A stretch of 64,000 bases of DNA from Takakia lepidozioides (taxonomy: Eukaryota; Plantae; Bryophyta): contig CM060733.1 in assembly GCA_030704615.1 (NCBI GenBank), positions 46,500,001-46,564,000 of the forward strand. Reading direction: 5' to 3'. Below the pieces are notes generated by a model, which saw only the letters and a program-made list of their open reading frames with translations, searched no databases and had not been told where the DNA came from. Within the stretch, counting starts at the first letter, position 1, and the number at the start of each line of letters is the position of its first letter. Shown here piece after piece: positions 51,789-64,000 of the stretch. Position numbers and translations under genes: made by a program.

Positions 51789-52157
51789 CTACTCAATTGA
51801 AAAATTGACAATCACAACCTTATGGAGGGTTTGAGGAATATTCAAAACTAGGAACAACTTTCCGTTGATTAGATTTGGGGGATACCTTATCTGGCGCCAC
51901 ATTCGGCTTGCAGGATGATAGAGCGTGATCAAATCTGCGTTCCTAGTAAACCAAAAGAAATATTTTTCCTTTTGCAAAGGGATTTGCTTACAGAGTTCCA
52001 AAAACTGAGGACTAGAAGGGAGGGAGTCCCATCGCTTGCACACTGACCTGAAGCGAGACAGACTTGGAACTGGCAAGTATGCCAAGACTACGTCTAATAA
52101 GTCGCAAGGCAACGTACTCCACAACTGCTCGTCTAGCTTCTCAGTATAATGATCCAT
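51789..52157 (-). pseudogene. F-box protein, N-terminal part, apparently truncated
   Basis: LDEQLWSTLPCDLLDVVLAYLPVPSLSRFRSVCKRWDSL..S..F followed by LYHPASRMW. The ORF ends just before the LTR debris. Confidence 0.8.
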
Positions 52158-55087
52158 AGCCTCTTGAATTGCACACAAACAAAAGCAAAGACCCACAAGA
52201 CTCAAGCCTGCAATCAAACTGACTTTCCAGTGCTCAGCGATGATCGTGTCGGTGGCTAACATACAATCACACAGTTTGCTGTGAAGGGCATACTTGTGTT
52301 GGGCAGCACCATGAAAAATTGAGGTCCAAAGAAGAAGTACTTGGTTCAGCCCACAGTGGGTTATACACACATGAACCAACACAAGTTTGAGAAAAGCATG
52401 CGGCTCTATTTTGTGTCCAAGTTTGCTGATTTTACATATCAGTTCACACTCCAGAGCTTTTTATGGGACAACTTTCTATTCTGTGCCAACTATTTCTTTT
52501 GTTACATTGTTTACTATGGATTGAGCTCCATAGTATCTTTTAGGACTGGTGTACCAAAAACAATGGATGGAGAAGCTATCATGGAAGAGGACCAGTGCAT
52601 AATTTTATGAGTTAATAGACAGTGACACAGAAGTCAACAGGCTGAAAGCCCGTAAAACAAGGAAACAGGATGACAAAAGGTCGTAGAAACAACAAGTAAA
52701 ATCGTAAACGTGAAGAGCTAATCATGAACACTAATTGTTAGCGGAAGTGGAATCAGAAGCCTTCGAAGAAGTCTGGACGTGCTTCCAATTGATTTCCCGA
52801 TCGAACACAGTGGATGGTAGCACGAAGGGCTCTCCAGTAGTGGTTGGGAGATTGTTTGTTCCACGGTGGTCCCTTGAAGCGCTGTAGCATATGATCTTTT
52901 GATGCACCTAGCTGGTTGCTCTGAAGGTAGCATAGAGCGAATCTGCATTGCGGGGAGCTATCTGGACGTCGGCACATACTTGCCTAGGCTTTTCTCGAAT
53001 CAATTCCTAGCTCTAGGTAATAGATTAGAGACAAAAGGGTAGAGACTGAGTAAGTTCGTCCTTAGAAAGTTTTGATGCATCCGGCTTTCCAAAAGGTGCC
53101 AAAGAGTGGAACCCCTGATGGTTACGAAAATTGGGCAAGGCGAGGCTCTTTGTTTGGTGGATTGATCGTAGTTGAGGAGCAAGTTCATGGTTGAAAGATT
53201 GACTTAAATAAGAGCCTCTTCCCATTGTGCCCTCTTTCAGGTGAATCTGACACTGATGTATATGATTAATAGAACTGCTTTGCTTTGCTTTGCTGCATTG
53301 TTTCCACTAGTTTGATGGCTTGGTCCCATCATCCATGTCAACCATAGATTGATGGACCTATCCCTCTGCTCCATCCTACCTTTGCTGTCTTCCTTACCTG
53401 TCTTTTGCAGACCTATGACGATGCATCACCAACACCAACAAAACTTTCTCTTTCACCTCTCACAGATGTTTCTGTCTTGGAAGGTTTCCAGAAAGTGTCT
53501 ATGACCACCAGGCTTACCAACCATCATCGCATGTTTTTTTCCACTGACTCCACTCTAGATGAAGCCAGCTGCTTGCAAATCAGTTTGGGTAAAAAACACA
53601 GGTGGTCTGCCGCTGTAGAAGACGTGTCAGTCCTTCACAGAACCATTCCAGGAACCATCACCAGTACTTCTTTGCCCTTTTCTAGAGTATACATGGCAGT
53701 AGGCTATTCAGGATGCCCCTTACTGATTCTACTTAAATCTGACTTGATTTGTTTTCTTCTTTGGCTTACTGGTGGCCTTTAAGTTCTGTGAAAGTTACTT
53801 CTGCTAAAGACGTGGTAACCATGTCGCGAATGTGGCAGTACCAGGTGAGACCTCAGCCTCTGCCCACCATATTCACCCCAAACAATGGAGTGCAAATTAA
53901 TGTATTGGGTTGGTATTCAAATTGGTTTGGGGGGCCCGAAGTATTACTCATTACACCATATTTCTCAGGATTTAAGACCTTCCAATGTATATGGGGTCCT
54001 GGGTATTCTCCCCTCATCTTGACGAGCCCACATGATGCAGAGTACCACCTGTACCATATGCCTCATCTCGATCACATACTCTTGACCAGAAAGGGTTTCC
54101 TCGTAGAGAATTGCATGTATGACTGGTTTGCAGTATCGTCCACTCAATGCAACTCCAAAGGCCATTCAAAACGGCTCAGGCATTGTCCCAGGAAAGCTCA
54201 GATGATTGTTGAGATTCTACCATTGTAAGATGATGTACTGCAGTTCAACATATGCAGTATATTGGAACGGGAAAATCAAGTTGTGGAGTGAATTTCCTGG
54301 GGGGTGGCAGAAAGTGCAGTGTCTTCCTCAGTCATCTGCCTCACTTTGAGGGGAGATTGGCGCCTGGTGTAGATACATGGGCAACTGGACCTTCCGCTGG
54401 CAAAGCAGGCTCATCAAAACAATCACATTCGGGCTCCTTGGTAGTCAGTATCTCATAGATAACCGTTTGCGCAATGCCTGGTTGCAGTGGTAGAATAACT
54501 GTTGCAAATGTCTGTTTGATATCTGAGCTGCCTGGTGTTGCTGGATTCGAATCTGTGCTCCATACGTCCATTTCTTGCAATGTGACGCTTGAATGCCCTG
54601 GGGTTTGGTGAGTAATCTTCCAAACCTCCCTGGTCGGTGTGTCAATAGAAGGATTAGGTAGTGATTCTTCTGAAGGGTAATCAATCAGTGGACAATTGCA
54701 GTCCAGGTAATCAATCACTGGACACTCGCAGTCCAGGGCAACAAAGTCTCCTCCCCTGGGACTCCATATTGGGTTGCGGGTCTGCACATCATACTCATCA
54801 ATTGAGAAAGAGCAAAGGAGGAAGAAGCCACATATTGCCCACAGGAGAACCCATGAGATATAGTAAGACACTAGAACACATCAAACTGCACATGTTGGAG
54901 GAAGATGGAGGACCTCATGCAGTTAAGCTGCTGAAGCACTTTGGGTCCTGATAACTATGGCATCTCGCAGGGAGGAAACGGCCAAGATGAGAGCATGACA
55001 AGGGGGAGGTTGGGATGTAGTGATCATGTACATGTCCGTCCAAAACCAACACTGGGTCTGTGAATAGGTGGGGTCCTGCATTGAGCT

Positions 55088-58000
55088 CAAGACACTCTGG
55101 ATTTCCACCCAGCAAAAAAGAGAACCTCAGCATTCTCAGCATCTAGACTTTGCTTTGGCATAGCCCATAGACCACATACCTGGTTAGAACAGAACAGAAA
55201 ACTGGGGGAATGGAGAGCATGCATATAGCTTCCCCTTATGGTTTCAAAGCACTCCTAAAAATCTGGCCCTCCACAGAAAGATCCAGAAGGAAATACGAAA
55301 TGAAATGGAATGGAACTTTATAACCAACGAAAGAAAGGAACCCTATGGAAAGCTGAGAGGGTCATGGACCACAGGAAAAAAGGAGCTGACACACTCTTTT
55401 GTCTAAGAATATCTGAGGACTGAGATTTGCTCAGTGTTGCCTCCATCACCTATTCACTGGCGAGAATTGAACTCTGTCAGCACACAATGGCAATTGCCAG
55501 ACTTTTCCCAGGAGGACATGTATAAGCGACATTTGCTACAAGACATAACATTTTTGAGATTGTCACTTACCCAATTGAGCCTATGGTCTTGACTGTCAGT
55601 TCTGTAGCCCAGATCTTGATATTTTCGAGTGGCCTTGCGATGTGCCCAACAGCATAACAGCAGTGTTGCAAGGAGTGTTCCAAGTATGATCCCTATCAAC
55701 TTTGCCAGAGATCCTGCATCAATGTAGTTCAGAAGTTCAATTAGGGCACCACCTTCTACGGGCAAGCAACTCAAAGTACTAAAAAATGTCATGTGTCCCC
55801 TCATACGACATTTTTTAAAACCATTCATTGTAGTTTTTTTATCTGTGTGTATCAGAAGTAAGTTCTTTCTTGTAGCATTTCATCAAGATGCTTCCTGCTT
55901 GTCTGGATTGCCCAATTTTCAAGAATCACTGGAAATACCGATTGGAGCTAGAGCATTTTTGTTGACAAGCCAGATATTGATGTGAGCGAGGGCAAGTTTT
56001 GGAACAGAAGTGACATTTGTACAGTTTCCAGAGCACGCAAAGTTGCCCATATCATCAACCACGAGGGAGAAATCCACCATTTTCGTCCTGTCAGATCCCT
56101 GCAAGCCTCCACATAAAAGTAAAGTTCTCCAGACGTGTAGGATATCACTCACCACATCCAATCATTTAAGAATGACTAAAAACGATGAGACAAGGTACCC
56201 CAAAAAATGTGACTAACAATTGGAAGTGAGCTAAAGTCTGTCAAGTATGTGCTGGGAGATCTGCAAAATCAAAATTGTAGGAGTTGCAATTTTCATCTGG
56301 ATCCTAGCAAATCTTGACTGATCTAGAAGGCCCCAAGGCTTGGGAGGTCTGCGCAATGCCAGTGGATTCATGTGTTAAATTGCATTGGGTCACGGCTATT
56401 GATGCAAATACGATGAGCACATGTTCTAGGGCAGAGTGGAAAAAGAAGAGGTGGGGACGCACATTCAGAGTCTGATACTTGATGGTGGCCAGAGCGCCAT
56501 TACAATCTTTGGTGGATGCCTGGAACTTAATGCCTTGGCCAATCACAAGAACATTACTGCTATCAACAGGCTGCCATGAACTGGACCCCTGCTGCCTGTA
56601 TGTTGCACTCAAAATAGTAGCATTTGGCAAGGTGACTTGTAGAGTTCCAGAGTTGACTTGCAGGGTTGCCTCCAACAGGTACTGTAGACCATCCCCTGCC
56701 ATACCCATGAAAAACCATGTGCACATCGTCAAGTACAGTGACCCACAACCACTGTTGAAAGAAAAGTTCAAAAGCTGGAGGTTCTTTGCTGCATGACCAT
56801 AGAGAGAGGAGGAGAGGAAGACTCTTGCCGAAGCAAGCCTAACTTATGGTGTCATTTCACCCCCAAGGCCTACTGCCTTCCTTTTGGAAGGTGGAACATT
56901 ACCACACACAAGGCTATACAGTCAGTTAGTTCAATAGTCCAGATACCACTCTTCACTCTTTAATAGACACGGATGTGTGATCACCTCGGGTATCCAGCTC
57001 ATCTGGGTCTCCAACATTGATTGCTGGCAAGGGTACAAGAATGCTGCCCGTGGGGCTGGACATCAACATCTGCGTTGAAGTCATATCCAGACTGGTGGGA
57101 GCAATAATGAAGGGTGGGTCATTCACAGGCTGTACAGTAGTTGAAAGTCTTCGAAAGTCTCCAATTCCCGTAGGATCCACTGCTTTCACAAAAGTTGTAT
57201 CTTGGCCATCAAAATTTTCACTCCTGCAAGCAGAGATGGATGACCTCTCTTTACTTACATATCCTTCAGCACTGAGAGTGAGCTCAACGTCGCAGAGTTT
57301 CTTCTTGTACTTCTACTTATCCCATGGGCGTCCCTCTTTGACTTCACAAGGTTTCTCTTGTTCTTTGTCGAGGGTGAGATTTTGAGGGGTGTGTGGAGGA
57401 AGTTTTGTCCATTCTGCAGATTCATCTCCATTTTGGGATGGAAAAAAAGAAATGTGACCACTCTCCAATCCCAGTGCCTCAAATCTGCCTTTGCATTGAT
57501 CCTGTCATTTCTCAGAAAAACAGTGGGCTGATGAACCCATTGGATGCAACAACTGAGAGTTAACTGTTCAGACCACAAGCATTGTTCCAATCAAAGAGTA
57601 AAAGAGAATGAAAGGCGCACAGACCCTATGTACTGAAGGGCCTGGATAGCTTTGTTTACAGAGTCCACGTTGCCCGAAAAGTGTAGGAAGCCCATGCCAG
57701 CCATGGGTGGTGTACTGGACATATCTGTGGCCATGTCAGGACTATGAACTGGAGATACTGGTCCAATGGTGGTCACGACAGGCTGCCAGGTTGTCTGAAT
57801 GCTAGTCACTGTCTGCCAATACTCAGACATGCCGGCTGCTGGATATATCCGCCCATTTTGTGCATTAACTTCCGCCAATATTATGGTCAAATGATCCGGG
57901 CACGCGACTGCCAAGCTGAGGCCCCTGTCCTATCCCTAAGTTTGAGTCTTCAAATCAAACATGATAATGCAAGATCAGTCTATCTTTGAGCAGCTAACCA

Positions 58001-61000
58001 ACTCAAACTTGAAACAAGATTTTTTTTTTGTTAACTACTAGGTATAGATGGTAAAGATCCAATAGGGACTATCGAATCTCAACAGTTCCCTTGGAAATGC
58101 CAATAACTGTGAACCACATAGTCAACCCTGAAATGGGGAAAGCTTGTCAAAGAAGCCTTCAACATAGAGTTTTGACAACAACATGAAGAAGTGCATACGA
58201 ATGATGTCAACAGGCTATATGGGTACCCCACACAAAACAGGTGCTCACTTAGAAACACGCAAGGGGGTTTCTAAGATGTGGCGATCAAGTTCATCCTGCT
58301 TGTGGGATTAGGTATGCCAAGCTCTGGCTTAAATAGGTGCTAGCTGCAGACATGTGTTTGGCTGATACAATTCTAAAGAGAGCTAAGTTGGACACCAACA
58401 CTGCTGGTGGGCTGCACTGATCTAATTTGTTGCAGAGGGAGAAGAGAACAACCAATTACCAGGCTGAAATGTAATGAATCATCCATCAGACTTGCAGCAG
58501 AATTCCTCCCTCAACGCTCAGACCCGATGCACAGGTGTGGAGTATTTCCTCTCAGGAGAAGTTACTCTGGAGCATGCACAAACTTAATGCCTACTTCTTT
58601 TCGTTTTCTTTATTGCTGGAATGAGCCAAGATGGGGCAAGAGGATGTACCCTGAGGTGGGTAGGGGTTGATCCTCCAAAGTTAGCAATGCAGACCCAGAG
58701 GGCGCTGAGTAAATATAGGGTTGCAACGGCACCACAGAAATGTACACGAACCCAGTATCTGAGGCATTCAAATCATCCAATATAAAGTATACCAAGGAAT
58801 CTGGGCCGATGTAAGTACCATTGGGGGTATAAACCACTGAGGAGCCATTCGCGGTTGCAAACCCATTGCTTGGACCCTGCGGTGAAGCTTCAAAAACATA
58901 GGTGTGGCCATTGCACCTGCCTCATTTTTGGCTTCTTGATTCTAATATTAGGACTTCGCCAGGTGAGTCCTACACGTTAGCTAGCATCTGGCAATGGTAA
59001 TATGTTCTTGTCCCACTCAAGTCCTCCCCCTCCCATGTGTTAGAATTTCAGCATGGCAAGCTAGCTACATCAAGAATCTTTGTGCTCTACTCATTTGTTT
59101 TCTCTGCCCTAGACTCTCTGATGTTTGTTTGGTTCCTTTGCATACTTGCTGAACAACGGTGCTACTTTTGTCTAGCATCTATATAGCTCTCTCCACTAGT
59201 TTCAGGTCACACCTGTGTGGATAGATAGTATGACATTGGTAGAACATTCTTCATGCATCTTTCTTCCCAAGTCAACCTATTCATTGGGTTACTCTGATCT
59301 TGTTTGTTTAAGTGGTGCAGTTTGCACAGATGGCTTGTGCTATTGGCCTCCGAAGCTCAGAAGACCTGATTGGGTCAGAGGGGGACTCTCAATCTCAGTT
59401 CCCCAATCAAGCACTTGGAATAACGACGAACCAGGGAACCAAGCCTGGTCACTTAAATCAAACATTGCTTACCTGGGAAATACCTCCAAGCATTATACTC
59501 ATTTCACTGCCCAAAATATCATTGTCCAGCACAGCAATGTTGACAGGTGTCCCAATCCAAGTCCACGCTGTGTCATCCACAGCCACGGGAGGAATGTGCT
59601 CTGGACATGCAATTATACCCTAAATATGTCAGCAAGTAGTCTTCAAGATAGCCCTTGCTCACAAGTTGCAACTCATGTTTCTGCAATTTGTATATCCTCC
59701 CTGAGACATGAAATGGTACTTTATAACGTCTGTGGGAAGGGCAAAGAACTTATGGGACAATAGGAAGAAGAAACAAGAAAGAGAGAGGGGCCACAAACAG
59801 AAAAGCAACTAAAGCTCAAGGGATTGTCTAAGAGTCGATGCTTCATGCCGGTAAGCTGCCAAGCAATTCTGATCCTCGAAAAGGAAGACCTCTGTGAGAG
59901 ATTGGGCATCCCAGAGTAGACAGTTGAATCTCACACGTAAAAGTGGTGCCCCCAACCACCAGCCACCACAACCATGCAACTACAACTCAACTTTGAAAGA
60001 AAGAATGAAAGAAATATGTTACATACACAGGAAGCCCATTGGGCACAGTAGAGAAATAACATGAAATAGTATTATACAACGTCCACGGAGAGCTCAAAGA
60101 GCTTCTGGGACAGAAATGAAATGAAATGGTACTTTATAACGTCCGACAAAGAAACAAGAAAGAGAAATGAAATGAAAGAACGAACAAAAGAAATTTACTA
60201 CGTCGATGGGAGGGCACAAGGACCCAAGGGTCACAGTAGAATATGCAGTAGAACCACAGAAAACTGAAAAATCCACAGAACAACTAGACCCACACATAGA
60301 CAGAGTACTCATGGGGGTAAGCTGCTAAGAGAAATGAAATGAGATGAAATGGTACTTTATAACGTCCAGAAAGAAAGAAAAGAAGAGCGAAAATAAATGA
60401 ATTTATGAAGAAATCTATAACATCCAGAGGAAGCTCAAAGAGCTTACAGGAAGAAAAAGGGCAGAAAGTAAGAAAGCAGGGTCCTCAAACGGAAAGGAAA
60501 ATGAAATGAAATGGTACTTCATAACGTCCGGCAAAAGCTCAAAGAGCTTATGGGACAAAAGGAAGCAAGAAAACAATAAAGAGAGCAGGGCCACAAGCAA
60601 GAAAAAGATGAACTGAAATTATTCTTCACAACATTCGCAAGAAGCTCAAACATCTTATGGGACGAGGAAGAAAGAAACAAGAGAGAGGGGGCACAAACAG
60701 CCCAAAATCAACTAAGCTCAAGGGATTGTCTATCAGTCTATGCTTCATGCAGGTAAGCTGCCAAGCATTTCTGAACCTCATAATTGAAGAGAAATGAAAT
60801 GAAATGGTGCTTTATAATGTCCGCGGAAAGCTCATAGAAATATGGGACAAAATGGAAATGAAATGAAATGAAATGGTGATTTATAACGTCCGCGGAAAGC
60901 TCATAGAGCTTATGGGACAAAATGGAAGAAAACATGAGAGAGGAAACAAAAACCAGAGCCAGAGATAAAAACTATTGTTCCAGTGATTGTCTAAGGGTGA

Positions 61001-64000
61001 GTGCCTCGTGCAGGTAAGCTGCCAAGCATTTCTGATCTTAAAAGTGGAAGACTTCAGTGAGAGATTGGGTTCCACGGAAGAGAGAAAGAAACTTTATTGC
61101 ACCTGCAGGAAGAACACTGGGGCCAAGGTGGAAAGCACTGGGTGTAGGGCAATCAAAGCTCACCTACCAAGAGGTGGAAAACTTTGGAGACATAGGACGG
61201 ACAGGACTCACGATAAAATTGGCTTACAGCAGGTTGAGCAGTTTGTACAGGTTTCAATCAACACCAATGGACTTCAAACAGCTCAATTGATCTACTCCAA
61301 ACAGCTTCAACCCAGGGAAGGGCTTTGCAATCACAAAAGTAACTCAGGAGAGTTTTGCAAGGTCCACAATCCTGGACCACCCAATTAACGCTTTATGGCT
61401 TACTACCCCAATGGTCTGATGTACTACAGGCGGCCGTATAAATGACTGTCTTGAGGAATCCTTGCCAGAAAACAGAGACTTATGTTTAGGTACCTCTCAA
61501 TCCCTTTATCCTGACTGCCTGGAGTGCATTTACAGTTCATTTTGAGCATGAGGATATAGAGGCGCTGCTTTAACCTGCTAAAACATCAATTTCATAAGGG
61601 CTGCCGTTGATAGGAACATCATCCAGGGTGATCTGCAGGCTGTATGGCCCTGGACTTGAGACTGTGAACCATGAAATGTAGCTTCCGTTTAGTAAGTCGG
61701 TTGTGTTTCGAATGGCATCCTCGGTAACAGGTGGAGGAACAACTTCTACCTGTCCAGGATTAAGAAAGTAGAAATGTTTGACCTTCCAGAAAAAAAGAAA
61801 TCACAGTTCCTAGCAGTTTGCTCCTCAATGCTGACTTCCCCACTTAGCAGCAATCAACATTTTATTTTGGACTGCTACTGGGTCTATGCTCAGTTCAGGT
61901 ATTTTGTTTTTGCTTTTGCTGTCTAATATACTAATCCCAAACCTCTCAATCTGATGTTTTTGATATAATATTTGATGCTCATCCCACAGTCTCCATGTCT
62001 CTTCTTGGAATGCTCCTTGTATAGGTATTTAGGTTTAAAGACCAGAGTTTCCTAGCAGCTGACCTTCACGTGGTGCTCTGGCTTCATGCAGTGTTGTAGG
62101 CCTGATTTTCCAGTGCTTTCTTTGTTTGGTATAAAGTACCACTTCATTTCATTCCTTCCTTCCTTCCTCAAAAGAACTCCAAGAACTAAGAGATGCCCAC
62201 TAGTTGTGGGATGTGCATTCTAAATACCCCAAAATTGGTTGGATTATCTTTAGTGTAGCTAAATCCATGTGCATGTGATGATCACAGGGAGGAGATGCTG
62301 TAGAGATATTGCTCAGGCAAGGTCAGTTTTTGGCAGGGAGCGACAGTGATAGTCAAAGTCTTCAGGTCCATGCTAACAGGCCACAAAAGGGTGGCAGGAG
62401 GGAGTTTTGTGAGTGTACCTTAAATGTCAACGGTATGCCCGAAATTGCTATTGACCCATTGGCAGTCTGAGTTGTTATGATCACAGCGGTGTGCTGTCCG
62501 ACTGTAGTATTTGGGCTGGGTAGTATTTGAGCTGAGCACAAGTTGGCTCCAACTGCCACACCTGAAAATTCAGCACCATTCAACATTGGGTTAAGTTGGA
62601 AAAAAATTTAGAGATGTATATCAATCATATTGTCCTTGCTAGAGTTACTTTATGGAAATTTTCCTTGTATCTTGATCCACTATCTGTTCCGTGAAAACCA
62701 ATCCTCACAGAAGTCTTCCATATGAGGATCAGAAATGCTTGGCAGCTTATCTGCACGTAGTTTGACACTCGGGCAATCCCTCGAGCAGTAGTTGCTTTTG
62801 GGCTGCTTCTGGCTTCACGCTGTCTTTTATTCTCTTTCTTGTTTTTTGTTTCCCTTTTGTCCAATAAGCTCTTTGAACTTTCTGCGGAGTTTATCAAGTC
62901 CCATTTCATTTCACTTCTTACGGGTGAATAGGTCATGGGTACGGTCTGTGGGAGAGCCACGTTTGTCTAGGAGGAAACCGTCGACGTCATGCCCCAGCAC
63001 CACCTGCCCCATTTGGACAGCTAAAAATGGTGGATGTGGTGGTTCACTTTTGGGCAGTATGCCTTTGGTACATCAGGAATAAATTCAGTACCTTGGCCCG
63101 CCCATTCAAGCTGAACTAGTACCACCACCTTACCCTAAGTACATTCTTCTCCAGTTTTGTTTACATACACAACTTATAAGCTAAGAAATATGTGCATCAG
63201 TCACTGACAGCCTTCAGTAACTTTAGAGAAAACGAAGATTCTACATCAAAATGAAAGGGTTTGCAAACCTAAAATGTGATGAAATCACTACTGAAAATGC
63301 AAAAATCTCCAGAAGTGCCAAAGCGTACCAGTGATGCCGTAAGAGAAAATAAAAGGCGACCCTGAAATGTTGACATTGGAGGAGTCCATAACATACAGAA
63401 GATATTGCCCAGGGTTTTGTAGGCTGAAAGTCACTTGCTGAAATTGATTCGACCCATTTCCAAATGCAGAATAAGTCATATCAGGCGTTGAGACAGGGTT
63501 CCCCAAATTGGTCTTGTCATATACCTGGGCGAAGAAGCTAGGAGCTGTGCTTGTCAACTGTGAGAACATACTCCCTTGTGAGGAATTTCCACCAGTATAC
63601 ACAGGATTTCCACAGGCGTCTCTTTGATCTATCAAAAAGGTAGCCCGGGTGCCAGCCCTAAAGAAGGGCACACCTTCTCGCCAATTCCCTTTGCAATTTG
63701 ATGTGAAGATTGGGCCTAGAAATTCGAACAAAGGACCAATAATCAACCAGGCACATAGCGAGAGATCCTCTAATAGCGCAAACTGTATTTCTGACTATTG
63801 CAATTGCTGAGTACACAGTGATGCTTGAACAGGTTGCACAAAATACCATGGGGGTAAAATGATGGTTTCTTCCCAGTGAAAGTGTGTTGAATGTTTGTCT
63901 TGACCCAGGATGTATTTCAGCCGAAGACCTACAAACAGTGCAAGAACATGGAAGGTGCCTGCAAGGTCTATTGGGTGAGAGGCTCTATACCAAGCTGAGG
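55088..64000 (-). CDS. GEX2: GAMETE EXPRESSED 2 (filamin/Ig-repeat single-pass membrane protein), 5' end outside window
   Basis: Exons ~63716-63330 (W....FRAGTRATFLIDQRDACGN...ISGSPF), 62562-62419, 61750-61575 (NGSY...PGPYSLQI...INGSPY), ~59600-59473 (PVAVDD...LDND), 58878-58652 (YTPN..YIGPD), 57910-57625 (F.GNV..VNKAIQALQY), 57225-56985 (VQPVNDPPFI, VGDPD), 56700-56475, 56090-55945 (VDDMGNFAC...C), TM exon 55715-55570, and a probable last exon 55181-55088. Confidence 0.88.
59706..61080 (-). mobile_element. Cluster of about 10 5'-truncated LINE (RTE-X-like) 3' ends in a GEX2 intron
   Basis: Repeated (AAATG)n-GTACTTTATAACGTCC..AAAGCTCA.AGAGCTTATGGGAC units. Longer copies include an ORF2 end like YE(D/V)QKCLAAYLHE. 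Confidence 0.75.
62688..62915 (+). mobile_element. Same LINE 3' end, opposite orientation
   Basis: CCATATGAGGATCAGAAATGCTTGGCAGCTTATCTGCAC ... ATAAGCTCTTTGAACTTTCTGCGG ... CCATTTCATTTCA. Confidence 0.7.

Overview
Eukaryotic nuclear DNA, most likely from a bryophyte (moss-like PLS-PPR fragments, Tcn1-type chromodomain, Copia element with a half-tRNA-Met PBS; inferred, not proven). The window is TE-dense. Host genes: a spliced STRAP/UNRIP WD40 gene (19849-24309,+), a multi-exon GEX2 gamete-adhesion gene (minus, ~55.1 kb to the window end), a degenerate nucellin/APCB1-like aspartic protease, and fragments of a dual-specificity phosphatase, a PPR gene and an F-box gene. The top candidate is a decayed Ty3/Gypsy polyprotein with a complete C5-cytosine DNA methyltransferase domain between protease and RT (47.4-48.4 kb). 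Next is a CACTA/EnSpm element carrying a SET-domain ORF between its left terminus and its transposase. Also present: a Penelope-like RT remnant with a minimal hammerhead ribozyme, a ~1.5 kb near-palindrome, a pile-up of about 10 LINE 3' tails in one GEX2 intron, a Sola-like transposase, Helitrons with repeated 3' ends, SINEs and MITEs. All calls were made by eye from motifs; coordinates of degenerate elements are approximate.
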